A stretch of 64,000 nucleotides of DNA from Candidatus Brocadiia bacterium (GTDB taxonomy: Bacteria; Planctomycetota; Brocadiia; CAIUPP01). The position numbers and the translations under genes were made by a program. The notes under the pieces are model-generated. The model was not told where the DNA came from. It saw nothing but the letters and a program-made list of their open reading frames with translations, and made no database searches. Location: positions 1 through 64,000 of the forward strand of contig JBEKCB010000014.1 of NCBI GenBank assembly GCA_050015075.1, read 5' to 3'. Each line of letters opens with the position of its first letter. Positions within the stretch are counted from its first letter, which is position 1. Shown here piece by piece: positions 46,850 through 56,605 of this stretch.

Positions 46850-47650
46850 TTACCTCGCGCCCAGCGCCTTGAGGCAGGCGTTCATGTATCCGTAGCTCTC
46901 CGCGGCGATGATGTCCCGGCGCGGCAGCTCGTACTTGGCCGCACCGATGACCTCCAGGCACACCGGCCCGTCGTACCGGCCCGAGACCATCGCCTTGAAA
47001 TACCCGCGCAGGTCAATGTCGCCGCGTCCGCAGGCCTGGTCGCACGGCTCGCCGGGGCCGGGCCCCATCCCCTTGCAGTCGCGGATGTGAATGTGCCGCA
47101 TGCGCGCCAGCACCGCCGGCAGCGCCTGCGCCGGGTCCTCTTTCGCCCGGTAGATGTGGCTCGGGTCCATGTCAATCCCGAACGCGGGGGACTTGATCTT
47201 CTCCATCGCTCGCTTCGTCGTGGGCGTGTTGAAGATGGACTGGCCCACGTGCGCCTTGCAGCAGAGCGTCACGCCGTAGCGCGCGGCCTTCTCGGCCCTC
47301 TGGGCGAGCACGTCAATCTGGCGCGCGAGGTCCTCCTCGACGCCGGACTTGCCGCCGGGCCCGACATTGATCACCGGCACGCCGATCCCCTGGCCCGCCT
47401 CGAACGCCTTCGTCAGCCGGTCCTCATCCAGCGAGGCCACCTCCATGCTCAGCAATGCCAGCTTGTGCTCCGCCGCCAGGCCCTGGATCGCCGCCTTCTG
47501 CGACCGCCAGTTGTCCAGCTCCAAGTGCTCGCACAGGCCCTTGATGGCCGAGAGCTCGATCCCGTCGTAGCCGGCCCACGCGATATGCTGAAACGCCGTC
47601 GCCAGGTCGTGCCCGCCGTACAATACCGAATTCACGCCAAGTTTGATCAT
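46850..47650 (-). CDS. Sugar phosphate isomerase/epimerase (TIM barrel)
   Basis: AGYDGIEL, DMDPSH, HIHIRD, GRGDIDL, YDGPVCLEV. Confidence 0.85.
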   Translation of the reverse strand: MIKLGVNSVLYGGHDLATAFQHIAWAGYDGIELSAIKGLCEHLELDNWRSQKAAIQGLAAEHKLALLSMEVASLDEDRLTKAFEAGQGIGVPVINVGPGGKSGVEEDLARQIDVLAQRAEKAARYGVTLCCKAHVGQSIFNTPTTKRAMEKIKSPAFGIDMDPSHIYRAKEDPAQALPAVLARMRHIHIRDCKGMGPGPGEPCDQACGRGDIDLRGYFKAMVSGRYDGPVCLEVIGAAKYELPRRDIIAAESYGYMNACLKALGAR

Positions 47651-47664
47651 CGCCGGTCCCTTCA

Positions 47665-48831
47665 TCAAATCTTCTCAACCGTGGGGTCGCCGTGAATGGG
47701 CGGCAGCGGCTTGGGCCGCACGAGCGCGCCGCCGTTCTCGTAGGACTCGATCACCGCCCAAATGTACTCCAGCGTCGCCAGCGCGTCGCGGCCGGACGCC
47801 CGCAGGGCTTCGCGCGGCGTCTCGTTGGTCAGGTCCTCCAGGAACGCGTGGATCCGGCGCGGGAACGTCGCGCCGAAGTCCTTGATGCCCGTGTCCATGA
47901 CTTCCGGCGTCGGGCCTTGTCCCAGGGGGAACGACTGGCCGGGTTTCGGCGCGGGCCAGTACGTCAGCTTCTCCACGCAGTTCTCGATGCAGAACGTGCC
48001 CTTGCTCCCGGCCACCTCGCAGCTCCACCAGCCGCCCAGGCCCCAGGTCGCATCGCCGCGCTGGCTCAGCAGGTAGCCCACCGTCCCGTTGGCGAAGGCG
48101 ACGTGCACGCTGTTCACCGACACCAGCAGGTCGCCCTTGCTCTTGCGGAAGCCCGGCTTCGTGCTGAACGACTGCACGTGCGTGATGTCGCCGCAGAAGT
48201 GCCGCATCACGCTGAAGGGGTGCGTCAGGAACGCCTTCATGTGCGCGTACGGCTGGTTGAAGCGCGGCGTGTCCTTGAAAGAGTACGTCTCCTCGCCGCC
48301 GTGGAAACCCATCTTGAACAGCAGGTAGATCGTCTCGCCGATCTTGCCCTCGCGCATGTACTTCTTCGCGCAGTCGGCCGTCTCGGTGAAATAGTGGTTC
48401 AAGTTGCAACCGAGGTAGAGCTTCTTCTCCGCGGCGTAGCGGACCATCTCGCGCGCCTCGCCGATGTCGTTCGACAGGGGCTTTTCGCAGAGCACGTGCT
48501 TGCCCGCGGCGAGCGCCTGCATCGCCGGCTCGAAATGCCAGCTCCCGTTCTCGTATCCGCCGGTCGTCACGTCTACGACGTCCAGGTCCTCGTTCGCCAG
48601 CAGGTCCTTCAGGCTGTAGTAGGCCTTCACTCCATTCGCCGCGGCCGCCGCGTCGGCCCGTTCCTTCACCACGTCGCACACCGCCACCAGCTTCGCGAGT
48701 GGGTCCTGCTTGTAGCTCGCCGCGTGCGTCTTGCCGATGCCGCTCATGCCGACCAGGCCTACGCGGATCGGGCCTTTCGCTTTCTTTTGATCCTTGCGAA
48801 CCGGGGTTTTCGCTTTCCGCTGATCCTTCAC
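47665..48831 (-). CDS. Gfo/Idh/MocA family oxidoreductase
   Basis: VGLVGMSGIG, HVLCEKP; GGAGGG RBS before GTG. Confidence 0.88.
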   Translation of the reverse strand: MKDQRKAKTPVRKDQKKAKGPIRVGLVGMSGIGKTHAASYKQDPLAKLVAVCDVVKERADAAAAANGVKAYYSLKDLLANEDLDVVDVTTGGYENGSWHFEPAMQALAAGKHVLCEKPLSNDIGEAREMVRYAAEKKLYLGCNLNHYFTETADCAKKYMREGKIGETIYLLFKMGFHGGEETYSFKDTPRFNQPYAHMKAFLTHPFSVMRHFCGDITHVQSFSTKPGFRKSKGDLLVSVNSVHVAFANGTVGYLLSQRGDATWGLGGWWSCEVAGSKGTFCIENCVEKLTYWPAPKPGQSFPLGQGPTPEVMDTGIKDFGATFPRRIHAFLEDLTNETPREALRASGRDALATLEYIWAVIESYENGGALVRPKPLPPIHGDPTVEKI

Positions 48832-48960
48832 GGGATTTCCCTCCTGGGTTGAAAAAATCGGCCGTCGAGCGCGTTACTATACTCCTGTGCGGTGCGGAAC
48901 GTCAACAGCTCCGGCCCTGCAATCAGGCGGAGCGCATCGAGGATAATCCGCTCCCGTCGG

Positions 48961-50862
48961 TCAGCAAATTCCGCGCTCGGCCAGTTGCGCGCGGAGGTGA
49001 TCCACGCAGACGTCAAAAGACCACTGGCTGGTGGGCAGATGGATATCGGGGGCGGCGGGCGCTTCGTAGGATGCGGAGAGGCCGGTGAAGTCGGCGATCT
49101 CGCCGGCGCGCGCCTTGCGATAGAGGCCCTTCGGGTCGCGCTCTTCGCAGACGGCGATCGGCGCGTCAACGAAGACCTCGATGAACCGCTCCGCGCCGAT
49201 GATGCGCCGCGCGTCCTCGCGGTTGCGCTCGTACGGCGAGATGAAGGAGGTGATGACGATGACGCCGGCGTCGTTGAACAGGCGCGCCACTTCCGCGACG
49301 CGCCGCAGGTTTTCGGCGCGGTCCTCCGGCGCGAAGCCGAGGTCGCGGTTCAGCCCATGGCGAACGTTGTCGCCGTCAATGACATAGCACAGGCGGCCGT
49401 CGTCGAAGAGGCGCTTTTCCAGGGCGTACGCCAGCGAGGACTTGCCCGATCCGCTCAGGCCGGTCATCCACAGCGTCACCGCCTTCTGGCCGAGCAGGCG
49501 CGCGCGGTCGGCGGTGGCGACCTGCCCGTTGTGCGCGACGATGTTCCGGCTGACGGGCGCACGTTCTTCCGCGCCGGCGGTCGCGCTCCGGTGCAGCGCG
49601 CGCTCGATGATCATCCCCGCTCCGACGGTCCCGTTGGTCTGCGGATCAATGAGAATGAACCCGCCGGTGCGGCGGTTGCGGGCGTATTCGTCGTACATCA
49701 GCGGCTGATGAGTCTCGATCTCGACGCGGCCGATTTCGTTCAGACCCAGATCCGGCGCCACCTGCCGGTGCAGGTCGTTCGGGTCTATGCGGTAATGGAG
49801 CGAGGCGACGTGCGCGGGCAGGACGCGAGTGGTGTGCTTGAGCTGGTACGCGCGGCCGACCTGCAGCGGGCGCGTGTCCATCCAGACCAGCATCGCCTCG
49901 ATGCGTTGATCCATGCGCGGCCGGTTGGCCGGGTGGACGAGCATGTCGCCGCGGCTGATGTCGCGGTCGTGTTCCAGGCAGAAAGTGACGGACATCGGCG
50001 GGAAGGCGTAAGGCAGGTCGCCGTCGCGCGTGACGATGCGCGTGATGCGGCTGTGGAGGCCGGAGGGAAGGACGGCCACCTCGTCGCCGACGCGCGCGAC
50101 GCCTCCGACGATCTGGCCGGCGTAGCCGCGGAAGTTCGCGTCGGGCCGCAGGACGTACTGCACCGGGAACCGAAAGTCTATCAGGTTCTGGTCGCCGGCG
50201 ATGAGCACCGTCTCCAGGTGGTTGAGCAGCGTGGTGCCGTCGTACCACGGCATGTTCGCGCTGCGCTCGACCACGTTGTCGCCGGCCAGCGCGCTCAGCG
50301 GGATGAAGACGATGTCCTTCAGCGCCAGCTTGGGCGCGAACGCGCGGAAGTCGTCGCAGATGCGGTCGAATACGGAGCGGTCGTAGCCGACCAGGTCCAT
50401 CTTGTTCACGGCCGCCACCACGTGCTGCACGCCGAGCAGCGAGGCGATGAACGCGTGGCGCTTGGACTGCTGCAGGATGCCCTTCTGCGCGTCAATCAGG
50501 ATGACCGCCAGTTGCGCGGTGCTCGCGCCGGTGACCATGTTTCGCGTGTACTGCTCGTGGCCGGGCACGTCGGCGATGATGAACCGCCGCCGCGCCGTGG
50601 CGAAGCACCGGTACGCCACGTCAATGGTGATCCCCTGCTCGCGCTCGGCTTTCAGGCCGTCGGTGAAGAAGGAGAAGTCAATCTCGGTCCCCTTCTTCTC
50701 GGAGGCCTTGCGCACGGAGGAGATGTGGTCCTGGTAGAGCGACTCGCTCTCGTAGAGCAGGCGGCCGATCAACGTGCTCTTGCCGTCGTCCACGCTGCCC
50801 ACCGTGGTGAACCGGAGCAGTTCGGTCTGTTCGTATTGCCGGAGCAGGCGATCGAGGTCCAT
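48961..50862 (-). CDS. cysNC: Bifunctional sulfate adenylyltransferase large subunit / APS kinase
   Basis: GSVDDGKST, EREQGITIDVAY, PGHEQYTRNM, NKMD; C-terminal GLSGSGKS, DGDNVRHGL, RDPKGLY. Confidence 0.95.
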   Translation of the reverse strand: MDLDRLLRQYEQTELLRFTTVGSVDDGKSTLIGRLLYESESLYQDHISSVRKASEKKGTEIDFSFFTDGLKAEREQGITIDVAYRCFATARRRFIIADVPGHEQYTRNMVTGASTAQLAVILIDAQKGILQQSKRHAFIASLLGVQHVVAAVNKMDLVGYDRSVFDRICDDFRAFAPKLALKDIVFIPLSALAGDNVVERSANMPWYDGTTLLNHLETVLIAGDQNLIDFRFPVQYVLRPDANFRGYAGQIVGGVARVGDEVAVLPSGLHSRITRIVTRDGDLPYAFPPMSVTFCLEHDRDISRGDMLVHPANRPRMDQRIEAMLVWMDTRPLQVGRAYQLKHTTRVLPAHVASLHYRIDPNDLHRQVAPDLGLNEIGRVEIETHQPLMYDEYARNRRTGGFILIDPQTNGTVGAGMIIERALHRSATAGAEERAPVSRNIVAHNGQVATADRARLLGQKAVTLWMTGLSGSGKSSLAYALEKRLFDDGRLCYVIDGDNVRHGLNRDLGFAPEDRAENLRRVAEVARLFNDAGVIVITSFISPYERNREDARRIIGAERFIEVFVDAPIAVCEERDPKGLYRKARAGEIADFTGLSASYEAPAAPDIHLPTSQWSFDVCVDHLRAQLAERGIC

Positions 50863-50863
50863 G

Positions 50864-51778
50864 TCAGAAGTACCCCTCTCGCTTCTTCTGCTCCATGGAG
50901 GCGTCCATGTCGTGGTCAATGAGGCGGGTGATCCGCTCGGAGTGCCGGGCGGTCTGGAGTTCGTGGATGATCTCGGGCACGGTCTTTGCGGTGGAGGGCA
51001 CCGCGCCGGTGCAGGGATAGCAGCCGAGGGTGCGGAAGCGGCACATCACCTTCTGCGGCTTTTCGCCGGGGTTCAGGCGCGTGGCCTCGCCGACGGGGAT
51101 GAGCTGTTCCTCGCGCACGACCATCTCGCGCTCCGCCGCGAAGTACATCGGCACGACGGGGATCTGCTCGAGGTGGATGTAGAGCCAGACGTCGATCTCG
51201 GTCCAGTTCGAGATGGGGAAGACGCGGATGCTCTCGCCCTTGTTGATGCGCCCGTTGAACAGGTTCCACAGTTCGGGCCGCTGGTTCTTGGGGTCCCATT
51301 GGCCGTAGGCGTCGCGGAAAGAGTAGACGCGCTCCTTGGCGCGGGAGCGTTCCTCGTCGCGCCGCGCCCCACCGAAGGCGGCGTCGTGCCGGCCTTGCCG
51401 GAGCGCCTCGAGCAGCGCCTGCGTCTTCAACTGCGCGCAGCACTTGATCGTGCCCCAGTCCCAGGGATTGGCGCCCTGCCGGACGGCCTGTTCGTATTTG
51501 AACACGTGCAGGTCCGCGCCGATCTCCCGGCAGAACCGGTCGCGGAACTCGTACATCTCCGGGAACTTCAGCCCGGTATCCACGTGGAGGAGCGGGAACG
51601 GAATGCGGCCGGGATAGAAGGCCTTCTGCGCCAGGCGGACCATCACCGAGGAGTCCTTCCCCACGGAATAGAGCAGCACCGGGCGTTCGAACTCCGCCGC
51701 GACCTCGCGGAAGATGTGGATGCTCTCCGCCTCCAGCGTGCGCAGATAGCTCAGCGAATATTTCTCGTCGCGCGGCAC
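50864..51778 (-). CDS. cysD: Sulfate adenylyltransferase small subunit
   Basis: [54 protein letters not shown]. Confidence 0.96.
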   Translation of the reverse strand: MPRDEKYSLSYLRTLEAESIHIFREVAAEFERPVLLYSVGKDSSVMVRLAQKAFYPGRIPFPLLHVDTGLKFPEMYEFRDRFCREIGADLHVFKYEQAVRQGANPWDWGTIKCCAQLKTQALLEALRQGRHDAAFGGARRDEERSRAKERVYSFRDAYGQWDPKNQRPELWNLFNGRINKGESIRVFPISNWTEIDVWLYIHLEQIPVVPMYFAAEREMVVREEQLIPVGEATRLNPGEKPQKVMCRFRTLGCYPCTGAVPSTAKTVPEIIHELQTARHSERITRLIDHDMDASMEQKKREGYF

Positions 51779-51856
51779 GGCATCATCTCCAGCGAAAATC
51801 GTTTCAGGTATGATATCATAACTCCAAACTGAATAGAAAGTAAGGCGCCATACTAT

Positions 51857-51892
51857 ATGATAGCGGCCGTCGGACCGTATAATAATCTCACG
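51857..51892 (+). promoter_or_regulatory. Repeated promoter element, copy D
   Basis: ATGATAGCGGCCGTCGGACCGTATAATAATCTCACG: degenerate -35 and a TAA duplication in the -10 region. Confidence 0.65.
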
Positions 51893-51912
51893 TCATCATA
51901 AAGGAGGAACGG

Positions 51913-52716
51913 ATGAAGCTGGCCTTGTCTGGACGGCTGTTCGAAACCCCGGCCGGTTACACGCTGGACCTGGACGCATTCCTGAAGTTCGCCCGATCCT
52001 GCGGGTATGACGGTGTGGAGATTCGATACCCGCAATTGCCGCTGGAAACTCCCTCGGCCAAACTGGACGAAACCGCCGCGCTGCTGAAGACGCTGGGGCT
52101 GGCATGGAGCTTCGGCGCCGTCGAGGGGATCGTGGGCGAGCCGGCCTTCGAACGCGCCGTGCGCATGCTGGACGTGCATCGGCGGTGCGGCTGCCGGTTC
52201 ACGCGCTTCGCCGTTTCGCGGACCGATGACATCGCCTGGGCGCAACGGTTCGCCGACGAGGCGGCGCGCCGAGGGCTGCGCCTCATTACGCAGCTTCACA
52301 ACGGCACGCTGACGGACAACGTGCCGCACACCCTCGAGACGCTGGAACGCATCGGCCGTCCGAACGTCGGCCTGGCCTATGAAGCCAACCACCTGCGCTT
52401 CGACGGGAATGAGCGATATGCCGAGGCCATCCGGCCGCTGCGCGACTGCATCTTCTCCGTTTCGATTCAGAACTTCAGGCCCGCCGCCGACGCGGACCCC
52501 GCGGCAATGCGCGTGCAGGTGAACGGACGAGACTATCTCCGCGCCCTGCCGGGCGATCCGGAGGGCCTTGACTTTCCGAAGATATTCCGCGTCCTGCGCG
52601 AAGTCGGCTTCGACGGCTTCGCCACGGTCATGGCCGACGTGGCGCCGGGCATGGACCCGCGCGAGGTGGCCCGGCGCTATCAGGACGCGTGTCGCCGTTT
52701 CATGCAGGCCGCGTAA
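51913..52716 (+). CDS. Sugar phosphate isomerase/epimerase-like TIM barrel (degenerate metal ligands)
   Basis: GYDGVEIR, RPNVGL, LDFPKIFRVLREVGFDG. The usual E/D/H ligands appear as QLH, YEANH, SIQN, VMA. AGGAGG RBS. Confidence 0.75.
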   Translation: MKLALSGRLFETPAGYTLDLDAFLKFARSCGYDGVEIRYPQLPLETPSAKLDETAALLKTLGLAWSFGAVEGIVGEPAFERAVRMLDVHRRCGCRFTRFAVSRTDDIAWAQRFADEAARRGLRLITQLHNGTLTDNVPHTLETLERIGRPNVGLAYEANHLRFDGNERYAEAIRPLRDCIFSVSIQNFRPAADADPAAMRVQVNGRDYLRALPGDPEGLDFPKIFRVLREVGFDGFATVMADVAPGMDPREVARRYQDACRRFMQAA

Positions 52717-52728
52717 CTGAAAAAGTGC

Positions 52729-52761
52729 TTGACGGCGGCGGCTCGACCGTATAACTTCACG
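52729..52761 (+). promoter_or_regulatory. Repeated sigma70-like promoter element, copy E
   Basis: TTGACGGCGGCGGCTCGACCGTATAACTTCACG, followed by hairpin GCT-TCGG-AGC. Confidence 0.7.
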
Positions 52762-52828
52762 CTTGACAGCCGACTGCGCTTCGGAGCACATTAGCCGCGC
52801 CAACGGCTGCGCGGCTGGTGCATTAATG

Positions 52829-52857
52829 GAAAATGCGCGACGGGCGCGCATTTTCTT
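52829..52857 (+). terminator. Terminator-like hairpin in the GH50 leader
   Basis: Perfect 11-bp inverted repeat GAAAATGCGCG-acggg-CGCGCATTTTC followed by TT. Confidence 0.5.
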
Positions 52858-52893
52858 AGGAGGACGGCCCAATGGAAAATTCCCGGTGAAACC

Positions 52894-54999
52894 ATGCGAC
52901 CGATGAAATGGCGCTCCCTGTGCCCCAGCATGATCTATCTGCCTTGCCTGGCCATGGCGGCCACGGCTTCCGCCGGCGACACGGCGCCTTTCGACTTCGC
53001 CATCAATTTCGACCCGGCAAAAGTATCCACGACCGACGCGACCGTGGCCCCGGCCGAACTCGGCGCGGCGCCGGCCCTGCGCGTGGCCACCGGCCACCGG
53101 CAGCCCTGGCCGGGCATCGCTCTGCCGGCGCCGGGCGGACACTGGGACCTTTCGCCGTTCGGCCAAGTCGCGCTCGAAGTCAGGAACGCGGGCGCCGCCC
53201 CTGTCACGGTCCATTGCCGTGTGGATAACCCGGGCGCCGACGGCACGAGCCATTGCGTCACCGGTTCGCTGACGCTCAGCCCCGGCCAGACCGGCACATT
53301 GAAGGTGCCGCTGCCGCGCGCGGCGGACGATACGCTCGGCGGAAAACTCTTCGGCATGAGAGGCTATCCGGTCGCGGCCGGCGGCAAGGGCACGATTGAC
53401 CCGAAGAACATCACGCAACTGCTGATCTTCGTGGCCAAGCCGGAGGCAGACCACCTGTTCGAGGTCGCCGACATCCGCGCCACCGGCGCCTACACGCCGC
53501 CGACCGCGTGGGTGACGGACGCCGATCCGTTTTTCCCGTTCATAGACACGTTCGGCCAGTACCTGCACAAGGACTGGCCCGGCAAGACGCACTCGCTCGC
53601 CGAACTCGCGGCCCGGCGCGCGCAGGAGGCGAAGGAACTCGCCGCGCAGCCCGGCCCGAAGGACTGGGACCGGTACGGCGGGTCGCTGACCGGCCCGCAA
53701 CTCAAGGCCACCGGTTTCTTCCGCACCGAGAAGGTCGGCGGCAAGTGGTGGCTCGTGGACCCGGACGGCCGCCTGTTCTTCTCGCACGGCATTGACTGCG
53801 TGCGCCCGCTGGACGCCACGGCGATTGAGGAACGCGAGAACTGGTTCGCGGACTTCCCCGGCAAGCAGCCGGAGTTCGCGCAGTTCCTCTCGCACGGCAG
53901 CGCGCTCATGGGCCATTATCAGGGGCGCTCGCCGCAGACTTTCTCTTTCGCCTGCGCGAACCTCCTGCGCAAATACGGCCCGGATTGGCGCGAGGTCAAT
54001 TCCCGGATCGCTCACCAGCGGCTGCGGAGCTGGGGCCTCAACACCATCGCCAACTGGTCGGACGAGCGCACGTTCCTGATGCGCCTCACGCCCTACACCG
54101 ATTCCATCGGCAGCCGCGGGTCGAAGATGATTGAAGGCAGCGAGGGTTACTGGAGCAAGTTCCCGGACGTGTTCGACGCGAGCTTCGCCGCCGTGCTGCG
54201 GCGCGATATGGAAGGCAAGCGCGGCAAGAGCGCCGGCGACGCGTGGTGCATCGGCTATTTCTCGGACAATGAAATGTCGTGGGGCGACGATGTCTCGCTC
54301 GCGGTCGCCGCGCTGAAATCGCCGCCGGAGCAGGCGGCGAAGAAGGCCTTCATCGCCGACCTCCAGGCGAAATACGGAGACATCGCAAAGTTGAACCAGG
54401 CCTGGGACGCGGCGCACGCCTCCTGGGACGCGCTGCTCGAAAGCCGCGACGCCCCGGACCTGCGGAAAGCGAAGGAGGACCTCGCCGCCTTCTACTCGAA
54501 GGCCGCGGAGCAGTATTTCCGCACCGTGCGCGACACCGTCAAAGCGGTCGCGCCGAACCAGCTTTACCTGGGCTGCCGGTTCGCGTGGGTGAACGACCGC
54601 GCCGCCGCGGCCGCCGCGAAGCACTGCGACGTGGTCAGCTACAACCTCTACCGCCGCAGCGTGGCCGATTTCCAGTTCAACGGCGGCGCCGACGTGCCGC
54701 TGATCATCGGCGAGTTCCACTTCGGCGCGCTCGACCGCGGGATGTTCCACACCGGCCTCGTGCCGGTGACGGATCAGGCGGCGCGGGCGAAGGCCTACAA
54801 GGATTACGTCCTGGGCGCGGTCGCCCACCCGCAGTTCGTCGGCTGCCACTGGTTCCAGTACCAGGACGAGCCGGTCACCGGCCGCGTGTTCGACGAGGAG
54901 AACTACCAGATCGGGTTCGTGGACGAGTGCGACACGCCGTATCGCGAAACCATCGAGGCCAGCCGCGCAGCAGGCGCGGCGCTTTATCTGACGCCGTGA
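52894..54999 (+). CDS. GH50 (beta-agarase-like) glycoside hydrolase
   Basis: IDTFGQY, ATGFFRTEK..GKWWLVDPDG, WGLNTIANWS, IGYFSDNE, IIGEFHFG, VGCHWFQY.DEP, ENYQIG. Confidence 0.88.
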   Translation: MRPMKWRSLCPSMIYLPCLAMAATASAGDTAPFDFAINFDPAKVSTTDATVAPAELGAAPALRVATGHRQPWPGIALPAPGGHWDLSPFGQVALEVRNAGAAPVTVHCRVDNPGADGTSHCVTGSLTLSPGQTGTLKVPLPRAADDTLGGKLFGMRGYPVAAGGKGTIDPKNITQLLIFVAKPEADHLFEVADIRATGAYTPPTAWVTDADPFFPFIDTFGQYLHKDWPGKTHSLAELAARRAQEAKELAAQPGPKDWDRYGGSLTGPQLKATGFFRTEKVGGKWWLVDPDGRLFFSHGIDCVRPLDATAIEERENWFADFPGKQPEFAQFLSHGSALMGHYQGRSPQTFSFACANLLRKYGPDWREVNSRIAHQRLRSWGLNTIANWSDERTFLMRLTPYTDSIGSRGSKMIEGSEGYWSKFPDVFDASFAAVLRRDMEGKRGKSAGDAWCIGYFSDNEMSWGDDVSLAVAALKSPPEQAAKKAFIADLQAKYGDIAKLNQAWDAAHASWDALLESRDAPDLRKAKEDLAAFYSKAAEQYFRTVRDTVKAVAPNQLYLGCRFAWVNDRAAAAAAKHCDVVSYNLYRRSVADFQFNGGADVPLIIGEFHFGALDRGMFHTGLVPVTDQAARAKAYKDYVLGAVAHPQFVGCHWFQYQDEPVTGRVFDEENYQIGFVDECDTPYRETIEASRAAGAALYLTP

Positions 55000-55083
55000 G
55001 ATTTGACAACCGGACGCGCAGTGGAATAGCATGGATTGTGCGGACATTCCGGTTTCTTCCCGCCCCGTTCCAGGCTGAAGCTC

Positions 55084-56343
55084 ATGCCGCAGAATAACGT
55101 CGCTCCGGCTTTCAACTCCGAACTTGCCGCGTCGCTGCGCGCGGAGATGGACCGCTGCGCCAAGTGCGGCCAGTGCCGCTCCATCTGCCCCGTGTTCATC
55201 GAGACCGGCGACGAGGCCGGCGTCGCGCGCGGCCGGATCAGCCTGGCCGAGGCGCTGCTCGACGGCCGCATCGGCTACACGCAGCGCTTGCAGGAGAGTT
55301 TCACGAAATGCCTGGACTGCCTGCGCTGCGACGCGGATTGCCCGAGCGGCGTCGCGCATGAACTGATCCTTCAGGCCGTGCGCCAGGGAATGGCCAGGGA
55401 TATCGGCGCGCCGCGGCTGGCGCGCTTCGCGCTTCGGCACCTGCTGCCGCGGCCGCGGCTTTTCGAGGCGGCGCTCCGCCTCGGCGCAAAAATCCAGGGG
55501 CTTCTGCCCGCGACGCAACGCCCGCCGGTACGGCACCTGCCGCTCTTCCTGGCGCGCGGGGCGAGGCTCCCGCGGCTCGCGCCGAAAACCGCGCGGAGGC
55601 AGTTCCGGGAAATGCCCGCGCGGAAGGCGCCTTCGAAACCGTCCAAGGGGCGCGTCGCCATCTTCACCGGCTGCCTCATCAACGCGGCCTACCCGGAAGT
55701 CGCGGCCGACCTCGCCGCCGTGCTCGAGCGGATCGGATACGAGCCGGTCCTGCCGCAGGGCCAGACCTGCTGCAGCGCGCCGCTGCTGAATTTCGGCGAG
55801 GTCGCCGCCGCGCGCCGCGTGGCCGAAGTCAACCGCCGCGCGCTGGCCGAAAGCGGCGCGGAAATCGTCCTCACGCCCTGCGCCGCCTGCGGCCACACGT
55901 TGAAGTCCACATACCCGAGGCTGCTCTCGACGGATTGGACCGGCGGAAAGTTCCGCGTGCTGGACGCCGTGGAGTTCCTCGCCGGCGCGGAGCTCGGGCC
56001 GCTGACGCCGCTGGCGCAGAAGGTAGCGTATCACGATCCATGCCAACTGCGGTGGGGACAACAGATCGCACAGCAGCCGCGCGACCTGCTGCGCCGATGC
56101 GCGAGCTACGTCGAGATGCCCGGCGCGGAGCGCTGCTGCGGAGGCGGCGGCGCGTTCAGCCTGTTCCATCCCGACATCGCCGCGAAAATTGCCGCGCGCA
56201 AAGTCCGCTCCATCCGCGAAAGCGGCGCCGAGGTCGTCGCGACGGCCTGCCCCGGCTGCATGCTCCTGCTGGCGCAGCACCTGCCCGCGCCGCCCGTTCA
56301 CGTAGTCCAGGTCCTGCGCCGCGCAATGGATGATCGTAAGTAA
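55084..56343 (+). CDS. GlcF-like Fe-S oxidoreductase subunit (two 4Fe-4S motifs plus CCG domains)
   Basis: CAKCGQCRSICP, CLDCLRCDADCPSG, FTGC, CCS, YHDPC, CCGGGG, ACPGC. Confidence 0.88.
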   Translation: MPQNNVAPAFNSELAASLRAEMDRCAKCGQCRSICPVFIETGDEAGVARGRISLAEALLDGRIGYTQRLQESFTKCLDCLRCDADCPSGVAHELILQAVRQGMARDIGAPRLARFALRHLLPRPRLFEAALRLGAKIQGLLPATQRPPVRHLPLFLARGARLPRLAPKTARRQFREMPARKAPSKPSKGRVAIFTGCLINAAYPEVAADLAAVLERIGYEPVLPQGQTCCSAPLLNFGEVAAARRVAEVNRRALAESGAEIVLTPCAACGHTLKSTYPRLLSTDWTGGKFRVLDAVEFLAGAELGPLTPLAQKVAYHDPCQLRWGQQIAQQPRDLLRRCASYVEMPGAERCCGGGGAFSLFHPDIAAKIAARKVRSIRESGAEVVATACPGCMLLLAQHLPAPPVHVVQVLRRAMDDRK

Positions 56344-56509
56344 TTGGCATAATTATACTTAGGATTAGCTGACCGGCTTGCTGCATAAGATATGTCAGCA
56401 CAAGGGCTTACTACACGCTGGGTTCGTTTTTTCAAATCGCCTTCTGAGCTTTATGTTCTTATCCACCGGCGCGTTGCGACTTCTCACGCGGCTTTACACC
56501 GCGAATCGA

Positions 56510-56538
56510 ACTATACCATATTTTTTCTGACTTGTCAA
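56510..56538 (-). promoter_or_regulatory. Near-consensus sigma70 promoter facing a non-coding region
   Basis: Minus strand TTGACA-17 bp-TATAGT with an extended TG. Confidence 0.6.
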
Positions 56539-56570
56539 GCGGCCGCCCTCTTTTTCCGGCGCGGGAATTC

Positions 56571-56599
56571 TTGACGCGCCCGCAGCGGGGCCGTACGAT
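56571..56599 (+). promoter_or_regulatory. Sigma70 promoter of the RluA-family gene (probably leaderless)
   Basis: TTGACG-17 bp-TACGAT; ATG begins 7 nt after the -10 element; no SD sequence. Confidence 0.55.
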
Positions 56600-56605
56600 T
56601 GCGGC

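Noticed and set aside
51853-56301. 1482-aa minus-strand ORF
   Set aside because: Antisense shadow of three well-supported plus-strand genes; Arg/Ala-rich with no motifs, typical of high-GC DNA.
56337-56538. Firm oriC call
   Set aside because: Only one near-consensus DnaA box and no dnaA/dnaN nearby; kept as a low-confidence finding.
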